Shown in pieces: positions 7,970-16,355 of a stretch of 42,170 nucleotides of DNA. Numbering within the stretch: the stretch's first letter is position 1; the number at the start of each line of letters is the position of its first letter. Location of the stretch: the NCBI GenBank assembly GCA_035249225.1, contig DATFGS010000306.1, positions 1 to 42,170 of the forward strand, given 5' to 3'. Below the pieces are notes generated by a model that saw only the letters and a list, made by a program, of their open reading frames with translations, searched no databases and was not told where the DNA came from. The position numbers and the translations under genes are program-made. This stretch comes from Candidatus Methylomirabilota bacterium. Its GTDB lineage: Bacteria; Methylomirabilota; Methylomirabilia; Rokubacteriales; CSP1-6.

Positions 7970-9049
7970 ATGCGCATACCCTCCGACCGCCTTCGCCGGC
8001 TCACCGCGACCATCCTCGCCCGTGGCGGCAGTGAGCCCGCCGAGGCCGATCTGGTCGCCGCGCACCTCGTCGACGCCAACCTCGCCGGCCACGACAGCCA
8101 CGGCGTCGGGCTGATCCCGCACTACGTGCGGCACCTGAAGGACGGCCTCGTCGTCCCCAACACCTCGGTCAAGGTGCTGAAGGACGAGGGCGCCTTCCTC
8201 ATGTTCGACGGCCAGCGCGGGTTCGGGCGCCGCGTCGCGGGCGAGGCGATGGCCGCCGCGATCGAGCGAGCCCGGGACACCGGAGTCGTCGTCGTGACGC
8301 TCGCCAACTCGCACCACGTCGGGCGCGTCGGCGCCTACGGCGAGCTGGCCAGCGCGGCGGGGCTCGTGTCGCTGCACTTCGTGAACGTGGTGGATCACAC
8401 CGGGCTCGTCGCGCCCTACCGCGGGAGCGACTCGCGCTTCTCCACCAACCCGGTCTGCATCGGCATGCCGGGCACCGCCACCCAGCCGCCGCTCTTGCTC
8501 GACATGGCGACCAGCGGCGTGGCGATGGGCAAGGTGTCGGTCGCCAGGCGGGCGGGCAAGCGGATGGCGGCCGGCAACCTGATCGACGCGCAGGGCGCGC
8601 CCACCGATGACCCGGAGGTGATGTTCCGGGAGCCGCGCGGCTCGCTCCTGCCGTTCGGCGCCCACAAGGGATACGCGCTCGCCGTCCTCACCGAGCTGCT
8701 CGCGGGCGCCATGTCGGGCGGCGGCACGCTGCAGCCCGAGAACCCGCGCCGCGGCGGCACGGTCAACAACATGTTCAGCGTCCTCGTGGACCCGGCGCGC
8801 CTGGCCGGGGTGGACTGGATGCGGCGCGAGGTCGACGGCTTCGTGGGCTACGTGAAGGGCTCGCCGCCCGCCGACCTGGCCACCCCGGTGCTGGTGCCGG
8901 GCGATCCGGAGCGGCACTCTCGCGAGGCGCGGCAGCGCGCGGGTATCCCGCTGGACGCGACCACGTGGGCCGAGCTGGTGACCGCGGGCGAGGCGATGGG
9001 CGTGACGCGCGCGCAGGCCGAGGCGATCGCCGCGCCGGTCGCGGACTGA
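7970..9049 (+). CDS. Ldh2 family (malate/L-lactate/ureidoglycolate-type) dehydrogenase
   Basis: ATG at 7970. Motifs GHDSHGV and NSHHVGRVG are typical of the Ldh_2 family. Confidence 0.88.
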   Translation: MRIPSDRLRRLTATILARGGSEPAEADLVAAHLVDANLAGHDSHGVGLIPHYVRHLKDGLVVPNTSVKVLKDEGAFLMFDGQRGFGRRVAGEAMAAAIERARDTGVVVVTLANSHHVGRVGAYGELASAAGLVSLHFVNVVDHTGLVAPYRGSDSRFSTNPVCIGMPGTATQPPLLLDMATSGVAMGKVSVARRAGKRMAAGNLIDAQGAPTDDPEVMFREPRGSLLPFGAHKGYALAVLTELLAGAMSGGGTLQPENPRRGGTVNNMFSVLVDPARLAGVDWMRREVDGFVGYVKGSPPADLATPVLVPGDPERHSREARQRAGIPLDATTWAELVTAGEAMGVTRAQAEAIAAPVAD

Positions 9050-9065
9050 GCCGGCCCCGCGCCCG

Positions 9066-10313
9066 ATGCTCCGCGTCCTCAGCGGCGCCACCCTGATCGA
9101 CGGCACCGGCGCCGCCCCGGTGCCGGACGCCGCGGTGGTCATGGACGGCGACCGCATCACCGCCGCGGGTCCCCGCGCGGCGCTCTCCTGGCCCGCGGAC
9201 GCCGAGGTCGTCGACGCGCGCGGCCGCACCGTCATCCCCGGCCTGATCGACGCGCACGACCACCTCGCGTCCCACGGCTACGGCCTCGCCACCCGCTGGG
9301 GCCTCGACGAGCCCGCGAGCACCGCCCATCTCCGCACCGCGCGCGTGCTCGCGGAGACGCTCGCGATGGGCTACACCACCGTGCGCGACGGGGGCGGGCT
9401 CGACGCGGGCTTCAAGCTCGCGGTGGACCAGGGGCTGATCCCGGGGCCGCGCCTGGTGCTGGCGGTGCAGATCATCTCGCCGACCGGCGGCATCGGCGAC
9501 CGGGTGAGCCCCTCCGGCCACGAGTGCTGCGGCGCGTACGACCCGCTGCTGCCGGAGAGCGTGGCGAACGGGCCGGACGCGGTGCGCGACGTGGTCCGCA
9601 CCATGGTCCGCGCGGGCGCCGACGTCATCAAGACCGCGACCACCGGCGGGGCCAGCTCGCGCGCCGGGCACGGCCCGCTCGACGCCGCGTTCACGCTCGG
9701 CGAGATGGAGGCGCTGGTCGCGGAGTCGCACGCGCTGGGGCGGCGCGTGATGTGCCACGCCCTCGGCGGCCCCGGGCTGCGCACCGCGCTCGAGGCCGGC
9801 GTCGATTCGATCGAGCACGGCTGCTACCTGGACGAGGATCCGACGCTGCTGGGGCAGATGGCGGTGCAGGGCACCTTCTTCGTGCCCACCCTCACCGTCT
9901 ACGTCTACCACCGCGAGAGCCCGGCCCCGCACGTGCGGGAGCGCGCCCTCGCGCTGTACCCGCACCACGTGGCCAGCGTGCGCCGGGCGCTCGAGCTGGG
10001 CGTGCCGATCGCGGCGGGCACCGACGCGGGGGGCCACGGCCACCCGCGGAACGCGCTCGAGCTCAAGTACCTGGTGGAGGCGGGCCTCTCGCCGATGCAG
10101 GCGCTGCGCGCGGCGACCCAGTGGGCGGCGCGCTGCCTGGGGCTCGAGCGCGAGGTCGGGACCATCGAGAAGGGGCGCCTGGCCGACCTGGTGGTGGTCG
10201 ACGGCAACCCGCTCGACGACGTCACCGTCCTGCTGGATCCCGCGCGCCTCGAGCTGGTCTACAAGGGCGGGACGGTCTGCGCGGATCGGCGACCGGCCCC
10301 CCGGGCGCGCTGA
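9066..10313 (+). CDS. Amidohydrolase family metallo-hydrolase (imidazolonepropionase/prolidase-like)
   Basis: N-terminus LIDGTG...VIPGLIDAHDHL carries the HxH metal motif. Full-length 415 aa ORF. Confidence 0.88.
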   Translation: MLRVLSGATLIDGTGAAPVPDAAVVMDGDRITAAGPRAALSWPADAEVVDARGRTVIPGLIDAHDHLASHGYGLATRWGLDEPASTAHLRTARVLAETLAMGYTTVRDGGGLDAGFKLAVDQGLIPGPRLVLAVQIISPTGGIGDRVSPSGHECCGAYDPLLPESVANGPDAVRDVVRTMVRAGADVIKTATTGGASSRAGHGPLDAAFTLGEMEALVAESHALGRRVMCHALGGPGLRTALEAGVDSIEHGCYLDEDPTLLGQMAVQGTFFVPTLTVYVYHRESPAPHVRERALALYPHHVASVRRALELGVPIAAGTDAGGHGHPRNALELKYLVEAGLSPMQALRAATQWAARCLGLEREVGTIEKGRLADLVVVDGNPLDDVTVLLDPARLELVYKGGTVCADRRPAPRAR

Positions 10314-10324
10314 GCGGCTCGGCC

Positions 10325-11266
10325 GTGCGCACGCCGGACGAGATCAGGATCTCGAACCGGGCCACGTACTGGCCGGTGGCGCCGATCGACCTCGTGGTCG
10401 GGGCGCCCCTGGTGGTGCGCGCCCTGCTCGGGGTCACTCCGCTCGGCCGCGTGGTGCAGGCGGTGGTGCTCGGGGCGTACCTCGGCAGCGCCGCGCGCGA
10501 CTGGCGCGATCGCCGGGGCATCCGCCGGATCGATTTCCGCCGGGAGTTCGGCGCCGACCTCCACCACCTCCTGCCGATGCCGCGCGAGCGGCGCGAGACG
10601 GAGGTCCGGGCCCTCGTCGAGCGCCTGAACGACGACTTCGCTCCGCGGGAGCTTCCGCGCCGCGAGCTGGCGGTCGAGGTCGACCGGCACCTCACCGACT
10701 ACATCGCGGGCATCACCGGGCAGCGCGTGCGCACGAGCACCGAGGTGCGTGGGTTCGCCCTCTCGAAGCTCGCGTTCCCGTTCGCGGTGGGCGCCTGCGA
10801 CGTGCTCTCGGGCGACATCGCGATCTTCAAGGACCTGGGGCCGCTCGAGCCCCACGTGCTGGCCCACGAGTTCTGCCACCGCAAGGGCTACTGGAAGGAG
10901 CTGCACGCGCAGGTCCTCGCCTACCTCGCCCTCGTCTCATCCGGCGAGCCGATCCTGAGGCAGGCCGCGCGTCTCGAGCGCTTCTATCGTCACCTGCGGG
11001 TCCTGGCCGGCCCGCGGCCGGGCGCGTTCGAGCGGCTCGCGGCCGCCGCGGGCCTGCGGCCCGAGCTCGGAAGGACGCTGGCCGAGCTCCGCCCCCCCGC
11101 GACCGCGGCCGGGCGGCAGTTCGAGAGCGGCATGCGGCAGGTCTATCACGCGCGCATGCGGATCACCGGACAGACCGGTATTTCCGACTACGACCTCGGC
11201 TTCACGAACTTCCTCTACACGTTCGAGACCAGCACGACCGCGAGGCAAACGCCCCCCGGCGTCTAG
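10325..11266 (+). CDS. DUF3810-like membrane protein with HExxH zinc-peptidase motif
   Basis: LAHEFCHRKGYWKELHAQVLAYLAL resembles the HExxH..G...E..A...AYLA core of DUF3810. The N-terminus is hydrophobic. The start at GTG 10325 is uncertain; GTG 10376 is possible. Confidence 0.6.
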   Translation: MRTPDEIRISNRATYWPVAPIDLVVGAPLVVRALLGVTPLGRVVQAVVLGAYLGSAARDWRDRRGIRRIDFRREFGADLHHLLPMPRERRETEVRALVERLNDDFAPRELPRRELAVEVDRHLTDYIAGITGQRVRTSTEVRGFALSKLAFPFAVGACDVLSGDIAIFKDLGPLEPHVLAHEFCHRKGYWKELHAQVLAYLALVSSGEPILRQAARLERFYRHLRVLAGPRPGAFERLAAAAGLRPELGRTLAELRPPATAAGRQFESGMRQVYHARMRITGQTGISDYDLGFTNFLYTFETSTTARQTPPGV

Positions 11267-11526
11267 CCGGACGCCTTCTTGAAGAATTCCCCGATCGTCT
11301 CGCCGGTGAACTTGGCGCCCTCGACGATCGTGTAGCCGATGCCGATGAAGAACTCCTTGAAGCCGGGGCCGACCTCGCCCCGCCCGATCTGCTTGGCGCC
11401 CTGCTCGACCCGGCTGGTCGCCCGGTCCACCTTGGTCTTGTCGGCGGCGCCGGCCACGCCCGAGGACAGGGTCGCGGCCATGAGCACCGCCGGAACGATC
11501 CACCGTCCGCGAAGTCTCCGTGTCAT
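11263..11526 (-). CDS. Small secreted protein (87 aa), paralogue of 5538..5795
   Basis: Product begins MTRRLRGRWIVPAVLMAATLSSGVAGAADKTKVD. RBS GGAGGAGG. Shares 27 nt and 23 nt identical runs with the paralogue. Confidence 0.8.
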   Translation of the reverse strand: MTRRLRGRWIVPAVLMAATLSSGVAGAADKTKVDRATSRVEQGAKQIGRGEVGPGFKEFFIGIGYTIVEGAKFTGETIGEFFKKASG

Positions 11527-11562
11527 GACGCACCTCCTCCAGTGGGATCGGCCAACGGCTCC

Positions 11563-11571
11563 ATGCTAGCA
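11563..11571 (-). promoter_or_regulatory. Extended -10 promoter candidate (TGcTAGCAT)
   Basis: The minus strand reads TGCTAGCAT, about 37 nt upstream of the ATG at 11526. Confidence 0.35.
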
Positions 11572-11606
11572 CCACTCGACGAGGCTCGCCGCCGGCGCGC
11601 GGAGGA

Positions 11607-12338
11607 TCACGCGCCCAGATAGTATTTCTTCACCAGCTCGTTCTCGCGCAGCTCCCGCGTGCTGTGGCCCTCGAACTCGATCTTGCCGTGGACGATGATG
11701 TAGCCGCGGTCGGCGATCTTGGTGGCCTGGTTGAAGTTCTGCTCGGCCATGAGCACCGTGAGCTGGCGCCGCTCCTTGAGCTCGCGGATCTTGCCGATGA
11801 CCCGGCTCACCAGGATGGGGGCCAGCCCGACCGAGGGCTCGTCCACGAGCAGGATCCGGGGCGAGGACATGAGCGCGCGCCCCACCGCCAGCATCTGCTG
11901 CTCGCCCCCGCTCATGCTGCCCGCGAGCTGGCGCCGGCGGGCCTGGAGCACCGGGAAGGCCTCGAAGACGAAGTCGAGATTGGCCGCGATGTCGGCGCGG
12001 GCGCCCGGCCGGTACGCGCCCAGCAGCAGGTTCTCCTCGACGGTCAGCTTCGGGAACAGGCGCCGGCCCTCGGGCACCAGCGCGATCCCCAGCCCCACGA
12101 TCTCCTCGGTCGACTTCCGGGTGAGGTCGACGCGGGTGCCGTCGGTCTCCAGGAAGATCTCGCCGGCCTCGGGCCGCACCATGCCCATGATGCATTTGAT
12201 GAGCGTGCTCTTGCCGTTGCCGTTGGTGCCGAGCAGGGCGACGGTCTCGCCGTCCCGGACCTCGATGGACACTCCGTGCAGCACGCGCACCGCGCCGTAG
12301 CCCGCGTCCACGTTGCGGACCACGATCCTACTCGCCAA
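11607..12338 (-). CDS. livF: Branched-chain amino acid ABC transporter ATP-binding protein
   Basis: Walker A GTNGNGKST and signature MSGGEQQML. TTG start overlaps the livG stop. Confidence 0.9.
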   Translation of the reverse strand: MASRIVVRNVDAGYGAVRVLHGVSIEVRDGETVALLGTNGNGKSTLIKCIMGMVRPEAGEIFLETDGTRVDLTRKSTEEIVGLGIALVPEGRRLFPKLTVEENLLLGAYRPGARADIAANLDFVFEAFPVLQARRRQLAGSMSGGEQQMLAVGRALMSSPRILLVDEPSVGLAPILVSRVIGKIRELKERRQLTVLMAEQNFNQATKIADRGYIIVHGKIEFEGHSTRELRENELVKKYYLGA

Positions 12339-13044
12339 GGTAGGCCTTCTCCACCGCCGGGTCCCGGACGATCTGGTCCGGCGTGCCCTCGGCGATCCGC
12401 TCGCCCGCGTCGAGCACGACGATGCGCTCCGAGAAGCGCATCACCGCCCGCATGATGTGCTCGATCATGATGATGGTGATGCCCTGCGCGTTCAGGCGGA
12501 AGAGGATCGCGAGGATGTCGTCCACCTCCGCGCTCGAGAGCCCGGCCATCGCCTCGTCGGAGATGAGCAGCTTGGGCCGCGCCGCCATCGCCCGGGCCAG
12601 CTCGAGCTTGCGCATCTCGATCTGGGTGAGCCCGGCCGGGCGCAGGTGCGCCTTCGCCTCGAGCCCGATGGACTTCAATATCTCCGCGGCGTCCGCGTCG
12701 GCCTCGCGGGCGCGGCGGTGCGCCGCGTACTCCAGCGGGATGTCGAGGTTCTCCTGCACCGTCATGCTCGTGAACGGCTTCGGGATCTGGAAGCTCCGCA
12801 CGATGCCGAGCCGGGTGCGCCGATGGGCCGGCAGGTTCGTGATGTCGTGGCCGTCGAAGCGGATGCGGCCGCCGTCCACCGGCAGCGAGCCGGACACGCA
12901 GTTGATCAGCGTGGTCTTGCCGGACCCGTTGGGGCCGATCAGCCCGAAGCGCTCGCCCGGCTTCACGTGCAGGGTCAGCCCGTTCACCGCGGTGAAGCCG
13001 CCGAAGCGCTTGGTGAGGCCCTCGACTTCCAGGATGGCGTTCAT
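12328..13044 (-). CDS. livG: Branched-chain amino acid ABC transporter ATP-binding protein
   Basis: Walker A GPNGSGKTT. LivG-type C-terminus PAVEKAYLGE. Confidence 0.9.
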   Translation of the reverse strand: MNAILEVEGLTKRFGGFTAVNGLTLHVKPGERFGLIGPNGSGKTTLINCVSGSLPVDGGRIRFDGHDITNLPAHRRTRLGIVRSFQIPKPFTSMTVQENLDIPLEYAAHRRAREADADAAEILKSIGLEAKAHLRPAGLTQIEMRKLELARAMAARPKLLISDEAMAGLSSAEVDDILAILFRLNAQGITIIMIEHIMRAVMRFSERIVVLDAGERIAEGTPDQIVRDPAVEKAYLGE

Positions 13045-13047
13045 CGG

Positions 13048-13983
13048 TCAGTGGCGGCGCACGCGGCGCACGAGGCCGAGGATGCCCTCGGGGGCCAGGA
13101 CCACGAACGCCACCAGCACCACCCCCACGATGAACAGGTTCATCTCGGAGGAGATGGTCACGGTGGCGACCTGCTGGGCCGCGCCGAGGAGGACCGCGCC
13201 GATCACCGGCCCGACCCAGCTCGTGGTCCCCCCGATCATCGGCATCGCGAGGGCGTTCACCGCGTAGTCGAGGCTGAACGCGGAGTTGGGATCGACGAAG
13301 GTCACGTAGTACGGGAACGGGGCGCCCGCGACGCCCAGGAGGAAGCCGCTGACCGTGGTCGCGAAGAGCTTGAGGCGCAGGGTGGGCACCCCCATGCACT
13401 CGGCGGCCTCCTCGTTGTCCCGCAGCGCGGCGAGCCCGCGGCCGATCCAGGAGCGCTCGATGAAGCGCGCGGTGGTCACCGCCACCACCGCCAGGAAGAC
13501 CATGACCGTGAACAGGAACGTCACGTAGTTGCCGAAGGGCGGCCCGCTCGGCCGGATCACGCTGAGGCCGCGGGAGCCGCCCACGAACTCCCAGTTGATG
13601 ATCACGGTCTGCAGCACGATGGACAGGGCGAGGGTGGCGATCGAGAAGAAGACGCCCCGCAGGCGCAGGGTCAGGTAGCCGATGCCGAGGCCGAGCAGCG
13701 CCGACACCAGGCCGCCGGCCAGGATCAGCACCGGCAGCGGCGCCCGCACCGACTGGATGAGGAACACCGCGGTGTAGGCCCCGAGCGCGAAGAAGGCGGG
13801 GGTGCCGAAGTTCACGTAGCCCGCGTAGCCGCCGAGGATGTTCCACGCGCTCGCGATCACGATGTACTGGAGGATCACGTAGGCCGCGAAGTAGAAGTAG
13901 GGATTGACCCGCAGGGAGGCCACGAGCACGCCGGCCGCCACCACCGCGAGGCCGAGCACCAGGACGACGCCCGTCCGGCGCAT
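13048..13983 (-). CDS. livM: Branched-chain amino acid ABC transporter permease
   Basis: Multi-TM 311 aa ORF with the LivM-like motif NILGGYAGYVNFG. Adjacent to livH. Confidence 0.88.
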   Translation of the reverse strand: MRRTGVVLVLGLAVVAAGVLVASLRVNPYFYFAAYVILQYIVIASAWNILGGYAGYVNFGTPAFFALGAYTAVFLIQSVRAPLPVLILAGGLVSALLGLGIGYLTLRLRGVFFSIATLALSIVLQTVIINWEFVGGSRGLSVIRPSGPPFGNYVTFLFTVMVFLAVVAVTTARFIERSWIGRGLAALRDNEEAAECMGVPTLRLKLFATTVSGFLLGVAGAPFPYYVTFVDPNSAFSLDYAVNALAMPMIGGTTSWVGPVIGAVLLGAAQQVATVTISSEMNLFIVGVVLVAFVVLAPEGILGLVRRVRRH

Positions 13984-14856
13984 CTAGCGCCCGAAGAGCC
14001 CGGCCGGACGCACCGCGAGCGCGATCAGCAGGATGCCGAACGACACCGCGAGGGACCAGGAGGGACCGAAGAAGGTGCCCATCACGCTCTCGACCACCCC
14101 CAGGATGATGGCGGCCACGAGGGTGCCGCCGATGCTGCCCATGCCGCCCAGCACCGTGATCGCGAACATGCGCCCGATGTAGTCGCGGTCCGACGAGGGC
14201 ACCACCGGCGAGATCGTGATCAAGAGCGCGCCGGCCAGGCTGGCCGCCGCGATCCCGATCCCGAAGGCGATGGTCTTGATCTGGACCGGGTTGGCCCCCA
14301 TCAGCCGCAGCGCGGCCGCGTCCTGCGACACCGCCATGATGGCCCGCCCGTAGAACGTCCGGCCGAGGAAGAGGTAGAGGGCCAGGGTCATCGCGAGCCC
14401 GACGAGGCACGGCACCAGCAGCCGGTAGGCGATGCCGACGCCGCCGAGGTCGATCGATTTGCCGATGTAGGCCGCCTGGACCAGCCGGTAGTCGACGCCG
14501 TACTTCAGGCTGAGACTCACTTCGATGATGAAGAGGAGCCCGAAGAAGAAGACAAGGCCCCGCAGCGACTCCTCCCCGCGTCGCTCGAAGCTCGTGTAGT
14601 AGACGCGGTACACGACCACGCCGAGGCCGTAGAACACGGGGGTGAACAGCACCCCGGCGAGGATGGGGTCCAGCCCGAACGCGGTGTTGACCACGTAGGC
14701 CGCGTAGGAGCCCAGGATCAGGAACGCGGGCTGCGCGATGTTGGCGATGTCGAGGAGGCCGAAGACGAGCGAGATGCCGAGGCTCACCGCGGCATAGAAG
14801 CCTCCGAGCAGGAGTCCGGCGACCAGCGCGTTCGCCAGCAGATCCCAGGAGAACAG
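13984..14856 (-). CDS. livH: Branched-chain amino acid ABC transporter permease; start unresolved
   Basis: The ORF track starts at GTG 14787. The in-frame upstream sequence LFSWDLLANALVAGLLLGGFYAA is the conserved LivH first helix. The only start-like codon there is CTG at 14854-14856. Confidence 0.7.
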   Translation of the reverse strand: MFSWDLLANALVAGLLLGGFYAAVSLGISLVFGLLDIANIAQPAFLILGSYAAYVVNTAFGLDPILAGVLFTPVFYGLGVVVYRVYYTSFERRGEESLRGLVFFFGLLFIIEVSLSLKYGVDYRLVQAAYIGKSIDLGGVGIAYRLLVPCLVGLAMTLALYLFLGRTFYGRAIMAVSQDAAALRLMGANPVQIKTIAFGIGIAAASLAGALLITISPVVPSSDRDYIGRMFAITVLGGMGSIGGTLVAAIILGVVESVMGTFFGPSWSLAVSFGILLIALAVRPAGLFGR

Positions 14857-14869
14857 GGAGCGCTCGCTG

Positions 14870-16150
14870 CTAGTTCTTCGCCGCCGAGTATGGGTAGATG
14901 ATGTTGCCGGACTTGAACTCGTCGGGGTAGAGCACGACCTTCTTGCCCGGCCCGCGGAACTGCTCGATGCTCGTGCCCTGGACCTTCTGGAACTGCACCA
15001 TCAGGGTGCGGCCCTTGGCCCATTCGCCGTTCTTGCCGAACTTGACCTTGCCCACGATGGTGTTGAACTCGGTGGCCCGGATGTAGTCGGCCAGCTTCTG
15101 CTGGTCGAGACCCTTGGTGGCCTCGATGGACTGGGCCAGCACCTGGCCGACCGCGTACGAATAGGGCGGCAGGTAGTAGCCGAGCGGATCGACCCCCGCC
15201 TTCTCGGCGCGGGCCTGGTACTCCTTCAGGAACTCCTTGACGCCGGCGATCGCGAGGAACGTCGGCTCCGGCGCCCAGAAGTCGTAGTTCACGACGCCGT
15301 TGAGCATCGGCCCCATGCTCGTCATGATGCTGGTGAACATCAGGCCCACCATCCCGCCGCCGAAGAGCTTGGGCTGGAGCCCCACCTCGTGGGCCGCGCG
15401 CAGCATGCCCACCGAGTCCGGCGGGTACGAGGCCACGAACACCACGTCGGGATTGGTCGCCTTGATCGCCCGCACGATCGGGGTGAAGTCGGTGGTGCTG
15501 GGCGGATAGGTCTTGTCGTAGACGGTCTTGAAGCCGAACTTCTTGATCAGGTCGCGCGCGCCCACGAGGGCGTTCTGGGGGTACTCCGCGTCCGCGCCGA
15601 CGATCGCCACCGTCTGGGGCCTGGGATTCTGGCGCGCGGCCAGCTCGAAGAAGCCGAGCGCGGTGCTCGTCTCCGGCTCGGGCCCGTTCGGCGAGATCTG
15701 GAAATAGTTCGGGTACTTGTACTTCTCGTTGTTGGCCAGCCCGAAGATCCCCATGACCAGGAGCTTGCGCTCCATCGCGATGGGCATGAGCGGCGCGATG
15801 AGGTTGGTGCCGTAGCCGGAGGTGATGAGGTCCACCTTGTCCACGTCGAGCAGCTTGGAGTAGATGCCGGGCACCGTCGCCGGGTTGGTCTGGTCGTCGT
15901 AGAAGACCAGCTCCACCGGCCGGCCCAGCAGGCCGCCCTTCTTGTTGACGTCGTCCTTCCAGATCTGCAGCGCCAGCAAGGCCGGCTTGCCGTTGGCGGA
16001 CAGCCCGCCGGTCAGGGCCATGCCGAAGCCGATCTTGATGGGGTCGGCGGCCCGGGCGACGAACGCCCCGGCGCTGGCGAGCACGAGAACTCCGATGACG
16101 GTCCCGATCAGGGCCCAGGCCAGGAACGGCTGTCTCCAAGGCTGCTTCAT
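14870..16150 (-). CDS. Branched-chain amino acid ABC transporter substrate-binding protein
   Basis: 426 aa with an N-terminal signal/anchor and the LivK/type I periplasmic-binding motif IKIGFGMALTGG. First gene of the liv operon. Confidence 0.9.
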   Translation of the reverse strand: MKQPWRQPFLAWALIGTVIGVLVLASAGAFVARAADPIKIGFGMALTGGLSANGKPALLALQIWKDDVNKKGGLLGRPVELVFYDDQTNPATVPGIYSKLLDVDKVDLITSGYGTNLIAPLMPIAMERKLLVMGIFGLANNEKYKYPNYFQISPNGPEPETSTALGFFELAARQNPRPQTVAIVGADAEYPQNALVGARDLIKKFGFKTVYDKTYPPSTTDFTPIVRAIKATNPDVVFVASYPPDSVGMLRAAHEVGLQPKLFGGGMVGLMFTSIMTSMGPMLNGVVNYDFWAPEPTFLAIAGVKEFLKEYQARAEKAGVDPLGYYLPPYSYAVGQVLAQSIEATKGLDQQKLADYIRATEFNTIVGKVKFGKNGEWAKGRTLMVQFQKVQGTSIEQFRGPGKKVVLYPDEFKSGNIIYPYSAAKN

Positions 16151-16263
16151 CGCACCCTCTCTCTCTGCGCGGCTCCCGCCGGAGCGCGCCGGTCGGTCGG
16201 CGGGGCCAAGACTGCGCCCGCAGCCTCGGGCTTGTCAAGGTGCCGCCACCGGCGTCCCCGCCC

Positions 16264-16291
16264 TTGACACTCCCCTCCGGCCGGGTAGACT
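16264..16291 (+). promoter_or_regulatory. Sigma70-like promoter TTGACA-N16-TAGACT for the second sugar ABC operon
   Basis: TTGACA at 16264-16269 and TAGACT at 16286-16291, about 65 nt upstream of the ATG at 16356. Confidence 0.45.
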
Positions 16292-16355
16292 CGGCAGCGG
16301 TCGCGCCCACGCACGTTCGCAGGCCAACGAAGGCACCACGGAAGGAGCGGCATCG

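Noticed and set aside
16231-16270. The inverted repeat CTTGTCAAGG ... CCTTGACA, as an operator between the liv and sugar operons.
   Set aside because: It is most simply two back-to-back TTGACA -35 boxes, one per divergent operon. There is no further symmetry beyond the hexamers.
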